A DNA stretch of 63,508 bases, counting the filler. It is 4 parts of 4 records of this genome, joined end to end, with 100 filler letters (N's around TTAATTAATTAA, not from the genome) between each part and the next. Parts side by side here need not be neighbours in the genome. Positions count along the whole stretch, not along the records: positions 14,880 to 45,014 come from DRR723986_4084; 3 more parts are not named here. One strand, written 5' to 3'. The position numbers and the translations under genes are program-made. Under the pieces are notes generated by a model. That model worked only from the letters and a program-made list of their open reading frames with translations, did not search any database and was not told the DNA's origin. Positions 16,710 to 27,800 of this stretch are shown here, one piece after another. The first letter of the stretch is position 1. Every line of letters begins with the position of its first letter.

Positions 16710-18038
16710 TCAGGGCTGCGTCGGCGTGGCACCCAACTGCGGTCCAATCAGCATTGAGCTGTCGCCATAGGAGAGGAAACGATAGGGGCCGTCCAGCGCC
16801 GCGCGGTAGACTTCGCGCCAGAGTTTGCGCCCCAGGAGCGCCGCCACAAGCAGAATCAGGCTGCTGCCGGGCTGATGGAAGTTGGTAATCAGCGCGTCAC
16901 ACATCTGAAAGCGATAGCCCGGCAGGATCATTAATTGTGTTTCGCCCAGCAATTGCTCCACCCCCTGTTCTTCCAGCCAGTTTTTAACTTCTTGCAGCGC
17001 CGCAGATGCCGGCAGCGCGGCATGGCAATTGCCCTCGGAGTCATAGGGTGCCCACTGGTCCAGCTGCATTGTAGTCGCATCGGTTTTTGCAGTCCCGGCA
17101 TGCAGCTGAGTGCCGAACCAGTAGAGTGATTCGAGAGTGCGCACGGAAGTTGTGCCTACCGGAATCAGCGGGTGCCTGGCAGTTCCGTGTTCTTCGCGCC
17201 GTTTGCAGTGCCGAATCAGGTTCTGCAGGGTGGCGCGCGGCACGATAATCTGCTCGGAGTGCATGACGTGTTTAGCCGGGTCACTGCTGCTGAGCGGCTT
17301 AAATGTTCCTGCCCCCACGTGCAGAGTCAGCCGTTCAATCTGTACGCCGCTACTGCTGAGTTCACTGAGTAAATCAGTATTAAAATGCAGGCCCGCCGTC
17401 GGCGCGGCTACTGAACCTCCGCGTTTGGCATAGACAGTTTGATAGCGCTGCACGTCGGCGTCGTCGGCTTCGCGTTTGATGTATGGCGGCAGCGGAGTGT
17501 GGCCAAATACGTCCAGGATTTCGGCAAAACTCGTGTCTGATTTGTTCCATTCCAGCTGAACATCGGCCTCGCCGTCCTGGCGTTTGAGGATCGTGGCCCG
17601 CAGCTGGATATCAGCGACTGTCCTCTGCAGCTGCGTGCCTTCGTGCAGGCGCCTGCCGCCGAGCATGCAGCGCCAGGTGCAGCTGTTTTGGGCGGCCAGC
17701 GTCACCGCCGGATCATCCGAGGGTGCCAGGGCTTTCAGCAGGAAAATCTCGGCGGCGCCGCCGCTGAGTTTGTGCATGTGCAGGCGCGCGGCTATCACGC
17801 GTGTTTGATTAACTACAAGCATCGCGCCGCCGGGTACATACTGCGGCAGTGAGTTGAATTTCTCGTGAGTAATCGCGCCGTCGGCGCAGTTGGCCAGCAG
17901 CAGACGGCCGTCGGTGCGCTGTTCGGCGGGCCGTGCGGCAATGCGCTCCGGCGGCAGCTCATAGTCGTAGTCGGCAGAATTAAAATCGCCAAATTTTGGA
18001 GCCTGATGCATACTAGAATCCAGCAGCTGTTGAGTCAC
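16710..18038 (-). CDS. queA: S-adenosylmethionine:tRNA ribosyltransferase-isomerase (long, Bacteroidota-type)
   Basis: YDYELPPERIA, PLPPYIKR, YQTVYA, SVAAPTAGLHF, LHVGAGTF, TNFHQP and YRFLSYGDS motifs. Confidence 0.95.
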   Translation of the reverse strand: MTQQLLDSSMHQAPKFGDFNSADYDYELPPERIAARPAEQRTDGRLLLANCADGAITHEKFNSLPQYVPGGAMLVVNQTRVIAARLHMHKLSGGAAEIFLLKALAPSDDPAVTLAAQNSCTWRCMLGGRRLHEGTQLQRTVADIQLRATILKRQDGEADVQLEWNKSDTSFAEILDVFGHTPLPPYIKREADDADVQRYQTVYAKRGGSVAAPTAGLHFNTDLLSELSSSGVQIERLTLHVGAGTFKPLSSSDPAKHVMHSEQIIVPRATLQNLIRHCKRREEHGTARHPLIPVGTTSVRTLESLYWFGTQLHAGTAKTDATTMQLDQWAPYDSEGNCHAALPASAALQEVKNWLEEQGVEQLLGETQLMILPGYRFQMCDALITNFHQPGSSLILLVAALLGRKLWREVYRAALDGPYRFLSYGDSSMLIGPQLGATPTQP

Positions 18039-18313
18039 TAATCACAATTTCTGCGAGCCCAATGCCGCTAGGACGCAGCAGCAGCGGCCGGATTGATGTA
18101 ATATCGCCGCCGCGCGTTTCGAAATTGGGCCCGCCGCCAAACAATTCTGCCTGGACGCCGGAGTACCTTGACGCGGCCGCAGGTCTTAAGTAGATTTGGA
18201 TCACCCCCACCCATCAATTGTCAAGCGCCGCCTTCGGAACCGATCTTGGTTGCACTGCCACCGAAGCGGCGACACTATCCGCTTTCTTCACATTCAATTT
18301 TAGGAGTTAGATC

Positions 18314-18727
18314 ATGCAAAAGCATGTTAGGCTAATGGTCTGCACACTATTCCTGGCGGCCGCTGCGCTGCTGGAAATGCAGGCCCAATCGATTACATAT
18401 GAAATCCGCAACTGTACTGATGAGACCTGGTGTGTTAGCGCCATGCCGCATTCACCCACACCGCCGGGCTGTACGCCCTACATCGAAGTCTGCTTCGGAT
18501 CCACGCTGCTGGGACCCAACTCAACGACGGCACGTACGATTGACACGCAATGTTTTTTTCTGAACGTTTCGATGCAGCCTACGAATTCGCCGAGAATTAC
18601 CAACTATGATCCCAGCGGACCTTACGGCAGCTATTGTGCCTGTTGGGATTACAGTGGCGTTAATCCGGTCTTGACCATCTACGAGGGCGACTGCACGACA
18701 CCCTGCCCCGCTCCGGCCTGTCCATAA
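18314..18727 (+). CDS. Small secreted cysteine-rich protein
   Basis: Signal peptide ending MQA-Q; 10 Cys in the ~113-aa mature part; AGGAG RBS. Confidence 0.75.
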   Translation: MQKHVRLMVCTLFLAAAALLEMQAQSITYEIRNCTDETWCVSAMPHSPTPPGCTPYIEVCFGSTLLGPNSTTARTIDTQCFFLNVSMQPTNSPRITNYDPSGPYGSYCACWDYSGVNPVLTIYEGDCTTPCPAPACP

Positions 18728-18779
18728 CCGTCAAATCAAGCGATAAACACAACTGCGTCTTCAGACGACTAAAACACAG

Positions 18780-18811
18780 AACGGCCCGCTGCCATCAGGC
18801 AGCGGGCCGTT
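18780..18811. terminator. Bidirectional rho-independent terminator
   Basis: AACGGCCCGCTGCC-ATCA-GGCAGCGGGCCGTT between convergent genes. Confidence 0.85.
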
Positions 18812-18847
18812 CATTTTCGGTTTTCCCGGAAGGCTGAGTTAAACAAC

Positions 18848-20023
18848 TCAGAGCATTTCAACGATCAATGCACTGGCTTCACCACCACCGATGCAGAGCG
18901 TAGCCAGGCCGTATTTTTTGCCCTGCTGCTTGAGGGCGTGAATCAACGTTGTTAATACGCGGGCACCGGAAGCGCCAATTGGGTGGCCCAAGGCAATCGC
19001 ACCGCCGTGGACGTTGATTTTCTCAACCGGAATACCCAGCTCTTCGCTGGCTGCCAGTGTGACGACTGCAAAAGCTTCGTTGATCTCAAACAGATCGATG
19101 TCTTCCAGCTTCATGTCGGCTTTGGCTACGGCGCGGCGGATGCCTTCAATCGGCGCAGTTGTGAACCACTCCGGCTTTTGTGCAAAGGAGGCATGTGCCA
19201 CAATGCGCGCCAGTGGTTTGACACCCAGCTCGGCGGCTTTTTTTTCCGAAGCGATTACGAGTGCGGCAGCACCGTCATCGATTGAACTGGCATTGGCGGC
19301 CGTGACCGTTCCGTCTTTTTTGAAGACGGGACGCAGATTTGGAATCTTTTCAAATTTAACGCGGCCCGGCTCTTCATCGCTCTCAACAACCGTGTCGCCT
19401 TTGCGACCTTTGATTGTCACAGCTGCGATTTCGTCGTTGAACAGACCTTTTTCCTGTGCTTCAATGGCGCGTTTGTATGAAAGCACGGTGTAGTTGTCCT
19501 GGCCGTCACGCGAGATATTGCATTCGCTGGCGCACAGCTCAGCCGCAATGCCCATGTGGTGATCATTGTAGACGTCCCACAGGCCGTCATGCACCATCAG
19601 GTCAACCAGTTCGCCGTTGCCCATCTTGTATCCGGCACGTGCTTTAGGCAGTGCGTAGGGCGTGTTGGACATGGATTCCTGACCACCGGCCACAACAATT
19701 TCTGCATCGCCGCAGCGGATCGCCTGGTCGGCGAGCATCACGGATTTGAGTCCGCTACCACAAACTTTATTGATCGTCATGCAGGGCACGGATTCTGGTA
19801 CGCCGGCATAAATTGCTGCCTGGCGTGCCGGCGCCTGACCCACACCGCCGGTCAGTACGTTGCCCATAATAACTTCGCTTACCTTATCGGCAGAAACACC
19901 GGCGCGTTCCAGGGCTGCTTTGATGGCTACAGCGCCCAGCTGTGGTGCGCTTTGTGAAGACAGTGCGCCCATGAAAGCGCCAATCGGCGTACGCGCGGCG
20001 GAAAGAATGACGGACTTTTCCAT
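18848..20023 (-). CDS. atoB: Acetyl-CoA C-acetyltransferase (thiolase)
   Basis: NKVCGSGL, NEAFA, GHPIGASG and CIGGG motifs. Confidence 0.95.
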   Translation of the reverse strand: MEKSVILSAARTPIGAFMGALSSQSAPQLGAVAIKAALERAGVSADKVSEVIMGNVLTGGVGQAPARQAAIYAGVPESVPCMTINKVCGSGLKSVMLADQAIRCGDAEIVVAGGQESMSNTPYALPKARAGYKMGNGELVDLMVHDGLWDVYNDHHMGIAAELCASECNISRDGQDNYTVLSYKRAIEAQEKGLFNDEIAAVTIKGRKGDTVVESDEEPGRVKFEKIPNLRPVFKKDGTVTAANASSIDDGAAALVIASEKKAAELGVKPLARIVAHASFAQKPEWFTTAPIEGIRRAVAKADMKLEDIDLFEINEAFAVVTLAASEELGIPVEKINVHGGAIALGHPIGASGARVLTTLIHALKQQGKKYGLATLCIGGGEASALIVEML

Positions 20024-20123
20024 GTGGTTCAACCTCAATAACTCTATATAGATTCTACAAACGAACTTGCTGAATTTTGGACGCCAATTTTACGTCGGCG
20101 CTTGTAATTGCACTCAAGCGCAC

Positions 20124-20131
20124 TAATTTTG
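20124..20131 (+). promoter_or_regulatory. Bacteroidota-type -7 promoter element (TAnnTTTG)
   Basis: TAATTTTG just before ATG 20139. Confidence 0.5.
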
Positions 20132-20138
20132 CGCGGTA

Positions 20139-20798
20139 ATGGAAGAAAAAGAGCTAAAAATATTTCCCGTAGAAGCCGGACCGGCGCTCACCTTTGGATA
20201 TTTTGTGATGGATGCCGCCTCCGCAGAGGCCGTCGTCATTGATGTTCCCAAAGACGCTGCGGCTACTTTTCTGGAAATTGCCGAAGCAGAAGGTGTTCAA
20301 ATAAAACGCATCCTGCTCACGCACTCGCATTGGGATCATGTGGCCGACGCCGCAGAACTGCGCGCCGCAAGTAATGCGCCGATTGCAATTCACGAGCTGG
20401 ACGTCTACCGCCTGCGCGCGCCCATGCAGTTCAGCTCAATGCCCCTGCCCTTTACCATCGAGCCATTTGAGCCCGACGAAATTCTGGTGGAAGGCCGCCA
20501 GGTGACCTGCGGTCGCTGGACTTTCGACATATTGTTGACGCCCGGGCACAGTGAAGGCAGTGTCAGTTTTGTCGATAGTGCGCGGAACCTGGCCATGACA
20601 GGTGATGTTCTCTTCGCCGGCTCAATTGGGCGGACCGATCTGCAGGGCGGTGATACGGCGCAGTTACTGGCGACGATCAAGGATGTACTCTTGCCATTGG
20701 GTGATTCGATGAACATCCTGCCGGGCCACGGCCCCACAACGACTATCGGCCAGGAGCGCCGCAGCAATCCATTTTTGCAGGGATTTGCCGACGCCTGA
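20139..20798 (+). CDS. MBL-fold metallo-hydrolase (glyoxalase II-like)
   Basis: THSHWDH, TPGHSEG, GDVLFAGSIGRTDL and PGHGP motifs. Confidence 0.92.
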   Translation: MEEKELKIFPVEAGPALTFGYFVMDAASAEAVVIDVPKDAAATFLEIAEAEGVQIKRILLTHSHWDHVADAAELRAASNAPIAIHELDVYRLRAPMQFSSMPLPFTIEPFEPDEILVEGRQVTCGRWTFDILLTPGHSEGSVSFVDSARNLAMTGDVLFAGSIGRTDLQGGDTAQLLATIKDVLLPLGDSMNILPGHGPTTTIGQERRSNPFLQGFADA

Positions 20799-20819
20799 GC
20801 CAGAAAACTTCCCGAGCCT

Positions 20820-21356
20820 ATGTTTCAACAGACAGTGATTCAAAAAATGTCCAATATACGCCAGGCTGCGCTCGTAGCTCTGCTTGTGACGCTAAGCTGT
20901 GCGCTCGGCAGCTGTTACTCCTTTACCGGAGCCTCCGTTCCGGCACACCTGGAAACGCTCCAGATTCCTACCGTTGAGGACCGCAGTGGCTTTGGTGACG
21001 CGCCGCGCTACCGCAGTGAACTGACGGAAAAACTGGTAGACCAGTTCCAGAATGACAACTCATTTACGCTTGAAGCCGATAATGCCGACGCCTTGCTTAA
21101 AGTCGCCATTACCTCCGTGCGCGATGATATCGCCAACGTCGGTGCCGGTGAAATCGAGAACGAACGCAAGCTGACCGTCACGGTCCAGGCCGTCTACAGT
21201 GATCAGGTCAAAAACATTCAGGTCTGGGATAAAAAAATCAGCGGTTTTGAGTTCTACGACGCCGGCGGCGGTGCCGCAGCGCGGGACGCAGCCGTAGAAA
21301 TTATCCTGGATCGCATTGCCGAAGACACCCTCCTTGAGGTTGTTTCCGGCTGGTAA
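20820..21356 (+). CDS. lptE: LptE-family lipoprotein
   Basis: Lipobox LGSC followed by YSFTGASVP; C-terminal W, like Bacteroidota LptE. Confidence 0.75.
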   Translation: MFQQTVIQKMSNIRQAALVALLVTLSCALGSCYSFTGASVPAHLETLQIPTVEDRSGFGDAPRYRSELTEKLVDQFQNDNSFTLEADNADALLKVAITSVRDDIANVGAGEIENERKLTVTVQAVYSDQVKNIQVWDKKISGFEFYDAGGGAAARDAAVEIILDRIAEDTLLEVVSGW

Positions 21357-21501
21357 CTTTTACGTCAGCTACTAGTGCCCGCGTGGATGCTTAGGTCCTC
21401 CAGGGCAAATAAATCAAGGTATTTGCTGCAAGAATCCCTATTTTTGGGGTTTGGGTCATGCAGCAGCACGCTAGGGCTGTTCATCAAGCCGGGATGCTCC
21501 T

Positions 21502-22992
21502 ATGGAAAGTGTAATACTTGGTATTTACTTTCTTTCCCTCTTTATTCTCTGTCTCTTTGGATTGCACGGTCTTGTGATGATATTCTACTATCACAAGACA
21601 GCGGGTGTGGCTAAGTCAAACCCTGAGCCCCCCGAAGAGTTGCCAATCGTCACCGTGCAGCTGCCGGTTTTCAACGAAATGTACGTCGTTGAACGCCTCG
21701 TCAAAGCCGTCTGTGAACTCGATTATCCACGCGAAAAACTCGAAATCCAACTGCTGGATGACTCGACGGATGAAACCTACGAGATATCAGCGAAAATCTC
21801 GCGTCAATTCCTCGACGCCGGATTTGATATAAAACACATTCACCGTACCGACCGCACAGGTTTTAAAGCCGGCGCACTACGTGCCGGACTCGAATCCGCC
21901 CGCGGTGAATTTGTTGCCATTTTTGACGCCGACTTCGTTCCCCGCCCCGAATTCCTCAAGTCCACCGTAGCGCATTTCCTGCGCGATGAACGCGTGGGCA
22001 TGGTGCAGACGCGCTGGGAACACCTGAATGAAGATTATTCCTTCCTGACGCGTGCACAGGCGATGGCGCTCGATGGCCACTTCGTCATTGAACAGCAGGT
22101 CCGCAACCGCGCCGGATTCTTCATCAACTTTAACGGCACCGCCGGCATCTGGCGCAAATCCTGCATCATCGATGCCGGAAACTGGCAGAGTGATACGCTC
22201 ACCGAAGACCTGGACCTCAGCTATCGCGCCCAACTGCGCGGCTGGCGTTTTGTGTTTCTCAACGACGTCACCAGCCCGGCCGAACTGCCTGCCGAAATCA
22301 ATGCGCTCAAATCCCAGCAGTTCCGCTGGACCAAAGGCGCAATTGAAACCGCCAAGAAAATGTTGCCAAATGTGTGGCGCTCCAAGCTGCCGCTGGAAGT
22401 CAAACTCCAGTGTACCGTGCATCTGGCCAACAATATCGTCTTCCCCTTTATTCTGCTCGTAGCCATCCTCAACGTGCCGATCGTCATCATCAAAAACAGT
22501 TTTGCCGGCTACGATGAGTTTTACACGCTGATGTCCGTCTTTGTGCTGGCATCAATTTCCACCTTCATGTTCTACATGTACGCGCAGCGCGCAATTCACC
22601 TGGACTGGCGCAGGCGTATATTACTCTTCCCGATATTTATGGCCGGCAGTATGGGGCTCGCCGTCAATAACTCGCGGGCCGTCATGGAAGCACTCTTTGG
22701 CAAAAAGAGCGAATTCGTGCGTACACCCAAGTACAGCGTGGAAGAGACAGGCGACACCTGGAAAGACAAAAAGTACGTTCGCAAAAAGCTGGATAAAACC
22801 GTCTTTGTGGAACTTGGCCTGGCAGTTTATTACCTCTTTGGTATCGCCGCCTCGCTGTTTTACCTGGAGATAGCTGCAATCCCGTTTCAGCTGATGTTCC
22901 TCGCCGGCTTTGGTTTTGTGGGTTTCCTGTCCCTGCGGCATGCCCTTGGCAACCGCAAAGCCGAAAAGCGCGCGCAGCTCTCCAAGAATTAA
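21502..22992 (+). CDS. Membrane processive GT2 glycosyltransferase (cellulose-synthase-like)
   Basis: VTVQLPVFNE, LDDSTD, KAGAL, FDADF, TEDLDL and QQFRW (QxxRW) motifs; C-terminal TM helices. Confidence 0.92.
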   Translation: MESVILGIYFLSLFILCLFGLHGLVMIFYYHKTAGVAKSNPEPPEELPIVTVQLPVFNEMYVVERLVKAVCELDYPREKLEIQLLDDSTDETYEISAKISRQFLDAGFDIKHIHRTDRTGFKAGALRAGLESARGEFVAIFDADFVPRPEFLKSTVAHFLRDERVGMVQTRWEHLNEDYSFLTRAQAMALDGHFVIEQQVRNRAGFFINFNGTAGIWRKSCIIDAGNWQSDTLTEDLDLSYRAQLRGWRFVFLNDVTSPAELPAEINALKSQQFRWTKGAIETAKKMLPNVWRSKLPLEVKLQCTVHLANNIVFPFILLVAILNVPIVIIKNSFAGYDEFYTLMSVFVLASISTFMFYMYAQRAIHLDWRRRILLFPIFMAGSMGLAVNNSRAVMEALFGKKSEFVRTPKYSVEETGDTWKDKKYVRKKLDKTVFVELGLAVYYLFGIAASLFYLEIAAIPFQLMFLAGFGFVGFLSLRHALGNRKAEKRAQLSKN

Positions 22993-23185
22993 TCTATCCG
23001 CATCTAAGTAGCTGCTATATCAGGTTGCCGCCAACAGTTCAGGCCCCGATCCTGCAGCTCCCCGGCCGCCTGTAACCGAATTGACCGCGCCGCTGTCCGT
23101 TTTGCGCTGCGGAGCTGTCCAGCACTCCGGTACCTTGCTGCCGGAATTATGTAAGTCCATTGCATTCAGACCTAACGACGTGACT

Positions 23186-24142
23186 ATGACCAGAGAATCC
23201 CTGCTGCGTATCTGTTTTGTTTGTTGCTGCCTAAGCCTGTCTGGGCTCTTGACTTTTTGCTCCTCATCTGAAAACCAGGAAGCCGGCGGCGGCGCTGCCG
23301 ACGAGGAGTATTCGGGTCCACTGCCCAATATTCTGGACACCGTCTGCCTGGCATATCGCTTCAAAAGTGGTGACTCGCTGGTGTACACGGCGCAGTCCTA
23401 CGATTCGATTATTGCCTTCAACAGCCGCCCGCTCCTCAAAGTCCGCCGCGAAACCTGGTCGCTCGTCTGTGACACGGTCGATCGCAACGGCAATCTGTAT
23501 CTGCGCTGGCAGCTCGAAAACTTTGAGGGCCTCGAAACACAGGGAAAGGACGAGAATGTGCGCCGCGAAACCAGCCCCTGGGTTGGCCGCACAGTTTATA
23601 TGGCTATCGATTCGCTCGGCGAACGCAAACAGGTTTTTCTGGCAGATGCCGCGCCGGGAATGGGACCGGGTGGACCCTTCCAGCCGCCATTTTTGGTTAA
23701 TCTGGAGCAGGGCTGCAAAGGGCTGGACGAAGGGTGGCTCACAGCGCGCGTCGTCGATACTGTCTACGAAAATGGTTTTCCACCGCCGATCCGTTCGGCC
23801 AGTTATAAGTTCCGCATCAAGGGCCGCACCGACACGCTTGGCCATCCCAGCGTACGCTTTGAGTACGTTCTTTCGGGTCAGGGCACTTCCAGCACTCCGG
23901 CTTCACACACGCCTCTGCTTACGACTTCCGTCATCGCCGGTTTTGGCTCAACTGTTATGCGTGAGAGCGATATGCTGCCGCTTGGTCTGCTGCGCACCAG
24001 TGAGATCAAATTGGTCGCCAAAGTCCCCGAGGGCCGCGAATCCAAGGCCACACATTACCTCAACAGCGATTTCCGCCTGCGCGAGCATTTCCGCCATGGT
24101 GTCCTGCAGGAGCAGTTTGACGTTCCCGACCGCAATAAATAA
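23186..24142 (+). CDS. Hypothetical exported or lipoprotein
   Basis: Hydrophobic N-terminus ending LTFC; long ORF. Confidence 0.7.
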   Translation: MTRESLLRICFVCCCLSLSGLLTFCSSSENQEAGGGAADEEYSGPLPNILDTVCLAYRFKSGDSLVYTAQSYDSIIAFNSRPLLKVRRETWSLVCDTVDRNGNLYLRWQLENFEGLETQGKDENVRRETSPWVGRTVYMAIDSLGERKQVFLADAAPGMGPGGPFQPPFLVNLEQGCKGLDEGWLTARVVDTVYENGFPPPIRSASYKFRIKGRTDTLGHPSVRFEYVLSGQGTSSTPASHTPLLTTSVIAGFGSTVMRESDMLPLGLLRTSEIKLVAKVPEGRESKATHYLNSDFRLREHFRHGVLQEQFDVPDRNK

Positions 24143-24175
24143 GCTAGAATAAATAATCTCCACTTGAGCCGCTTT

Positions 24176-24294
24176 GAGTTCTTGCTAACGCTGCGCCCTC
24201 AGGCTTCTATGAGTTTCTTGTTTTGCACCGAGAGTTCAGCCCAACACCGCTGAGGCAGTCCCCAGCTGCAAACTTCAAGGCGCAAAACTTGAGT
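24176..24294. repeat. Dispersed intergenic repeat, copy B
   Basis: Shares GCTGCG, CTCAGGCTT, TTTCTTGTTT and AAGGCGCA blocks with copy A. Confidence 0.7.
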
Positions 24295-24825
24295 GCGCCG
24301 TGATCAGTGCTACGTGGCGCGACTTTCGGATTGAGCGGTCAATTTTTAAGCATTCAGATACCTGGATAAACAATCGTTTTAGCCAAAATCGTTCGCCAGA
24401 ACCTCAGCGTCAATTCTGCGGATGCTGTGATACTACTTTGATCACTTTTTGCACTGGAATGCGCAGGCTGGTTTTGCCTTGTTTGACAGATTTTGGCGTA
24501 TGGGTTTGGCGTTGAATTTGGCATTGGAGTCTGGGGGCTTGTGCCTGGCAGAATGGCTGGAGATTTGTGATTATTGCTACGTGAACCTGGGGTGGACTGA
24601 GCGGCATCCGGTTTCTGGTACAGCGACTAACAAAAGCAAAAAACAAGCCGAAAGAACTTTGTCATCAAAGGGCGCCGGCGAAGTGCTCAAGCTGCCTGGC
24701 AAGCGCTTAAGCGCAAATGTAAAGCTGTCAAAAACGCAACTCGATACACGTAAAACAGGCCTAAAAAATCACGGCTTTGCGGCTGATGCCCCAGGCGAAA
24801 ATGCGGTCGCGATTCAGAAAACAAG

Positions 24826-24857
24826 AAAGGCTGCCCCCCAAATGAGGAGCAGCCTTT
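24826..24857 (-). terminator. Terminator of the 24895-28647 gene
   Basis: AAAGGCTGC...GCAGCCTTT hairpin. Confidence 0.75.
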
Positions 24858-24894
24858 TAAGACTGAAAACCAAGCAGACTGCGCGTATTAAACG

Positions 24895-27800
24895 TTAGCG
24901 GACCACTTGCATGGACTGCGTCAGTTCAAATGCGTCGGTTGCCAGTTTGTAGATGTAGCTGCCGGCGGGCAGGTCCGTGCAATCGACGTTGACGGTGTGT
25001 GTGCCACCTGCAACCTGCTGGTTGACCAGAGTAGCTACACGTTGACCGCGCATGTCATACAGTTCCAGGCTAACGTTTTGCAAGCTTGGGATGCTGTACT
25101 CGATGACCGTCTGGTTGCGCACGGGGTTCGGGCTGCTTGTGAGCAACTCATAACCTGCGGCGCGTGCCTGCTCAACGATGTCTGTGACGCTGCCGTTGAT
25201 GGTAATGGCCAGTGGATTTGGATCGCCATTGGAAGCGATGTTCAGCGTGGCCTGTGCCGTAGCACCGTCCGTTGGAGCGTATTCGAATACAACCGTTACG
25301 TTACCTTGCGGTGCGATTTCGGTTGAAGGAATGTCAATGATTGAGAACTGAGCTGCATCCGGACCGGCAAAGTTGCTGGACGTTGGATCGAGTGTCAGCG
25401 GCAGGTCACCAGTATTTGTGACTGTGACGTTGACGGTTTCGGGCACGTACGTACCGAGAATCCAGTCTGCGTTCACAGTGATACTTGGATCAGCATCCGG
25501 TGTACGCAGACCGATGTAACCGGCCAGGTCGATGTCAACTGGATTCAGGTTTGTGGAGTTGTTGCCGACGGACATTGTACCGGTTTTGTTCTCAGAGCTT
25601 GAGCTGCTGAGCGTGACGTTAACCGAAGCTGCTTCACCTGGAGCCAAAACACCGCCTGTGTAGTCGCTGCTGTAGTCTGGGCTGCTGAAGTTCGGTGCGC
25701 TGAGGTCAAGAGGAACCGTACCAACGTTTTCAATGATGACCGTTTCGGTTACACTCTCACCGGTGCCGATCGCGACGTCGGTGAAGAGAGTTACATCCGG
25801 AGCGGAGACAAGGCGCGTCTCGCCGGTACCTGTCATGGCAAAAACGAGGTCGCCATCGGCGGCACTGCTTTCGATGATCAGGTTGGCGATTTTGCCGGGT
25901 CCAGCGGATTTCGGCTCAAACTGCACAGTAATTACGCTGCTGCCCAGGTCATCAACAGGTCCGATATTATCGGTTGAGATGACTGCAAAGTCGGCAGCAT
26001 CGGGGCCTTCGATACGGATATTTGTGATAACCAGCTGTGGGCCGCCAGTGTGCGTAAGGGTAATGTCGGCGGTTGGGAATGTTTCCGGCGCGTCAACAAT
26101 TGCTGAGAGGTTGTCGAAGAGTGGTTCACCTTCGACGTCCACTGTGATTTGGGCATTGGCTTCACCAACACCGGTCACAGTTACGTAGCGCTCACCAACC
26201 AGGCCGTCCGGCGTTGGTGTTGAGTCATTCGTAACAAAGTAGAGTGTTGTGAAACGCGTACCGGCGCGTTCTGGAACGAAGTTGAGGAAGATGCGTCCCG
26301 TCTCACCGATCGGAATGATGGCTTTGCCTTGTTCCGTGCGCTGTTGATCAGGAAAAATATCGCCGATGGTGAAGTCATCATCACCAGGCCAGAGGCGCAC
26401 GGAGCCGATGTCAACCAGGAGGCGGGAGTCACCGGTATTTGTGACTTCCAGGAATTCCTGCGATGCGGTACGTCCAACTTCAGTTGTTGGGAATATCACG
26501 GCGCTCAGTTGCTCAACAAAGCTGTTGCGTGCACCAAAACCATACAGCTCATAGGAGAGCAGTTGTGGTGTCAGCTCATCAGCTGGATTGAGAGTTTCAA
26601 CTGGACGGAAACCTTGGTCAACGGTTGCATCGGTGTTAAAGAACATCCGCACGTACTTAAATCCGGAACGACGTGGAGCAAAGACTACACGCAGTTTGAT
26701 AGCTTCCTTGGCACCGAGTGTGATGCGGTCTTCGGGCATAACGCGGACCCATGCGCCGTTTTGATCGCGCTCAACGTAAAAGTCGTTGGAGAGGAGTGGA
26801 ACTCCATTGCCAAAACCTTCAGTCCAGCGAACGCGGAAGCGGCGGTTGAACTGCTCGGAGCGGTCCAGTTCGTAGAACATGAAGTTCTCAAGGTTGATTG
26901 CGCCAACAGCACCGGTGTTCGTAACTGTGAAGTTGCGGTAGGTTGGGTTTTCGCCAACTGCAGCAACGCCGTTACGTCCCAGGAGGGAGCCGTCAGGAGC
27001 GTGCGCACCTTCGTCGTTAATCAGGAATTCAATACGTGTTGGAGTAGCGTCACCAATCACGTTTACTGTAATTTCGTTCGAGAAGATTTCGTCATTGACG
27101 TCGGAATAGATCAGCTCAATTGAAGCGTTCTGCACACCCTGGAGTGTAGGCATAAAGCGCAGCGGAACGCTGGCGTTTTCGCCGGCGCCAACGGTGGCTG
27201 TATAACTTGTGGCTGCATTTCCGGCGTCATCGGTGAGCATGTACTCTGTACCAACCAGGCCATTGGCCGTGAATGTGTACTTGATGTCACCAGGTGAGTC
27301 GTTCGTGAACAGGTCAAAGTAGCGCCAGGTATCGGAGTTAACCCCAACTTCACCGAAGTCAACGATTGGTTCTTCTTCGGGGATGATGCTGACGAGACCT
27401 GGAACGAGGCCAAGCATCGTTAGAGTGCCGGATGGTTTAACCACTGGGCAGTCGGCGCCGTCCATAGTTGTAATGCCAACTTCAACTTCAGCTAATTGCT
27501 CGCCGAAACCGGCGGGTTTGAAGGTGATGTTAAAGATTTGGCTGGTACCTGGTTCGATGTTGTCAACGCCTGGAGGGTCAACACTATACGAATCGGCGCC
27601 AACACCGCTTACGTTCATCGCAACTTTAATCGGTACGTCTGAAGTAGCGGGGTTTGAGACGCGGTAGGTTTTGGTCAGTTCTGCGTCAGCGGCTACGATA
27701 TCTTCGTCATTGTTTGTGTAGTCGAAGATGGTTGCATCTTCGGCTTCGGCGGTGATATCCGGGGCCAGGCAGAAACGGATGTTACGCGTAGGCCATTCAC

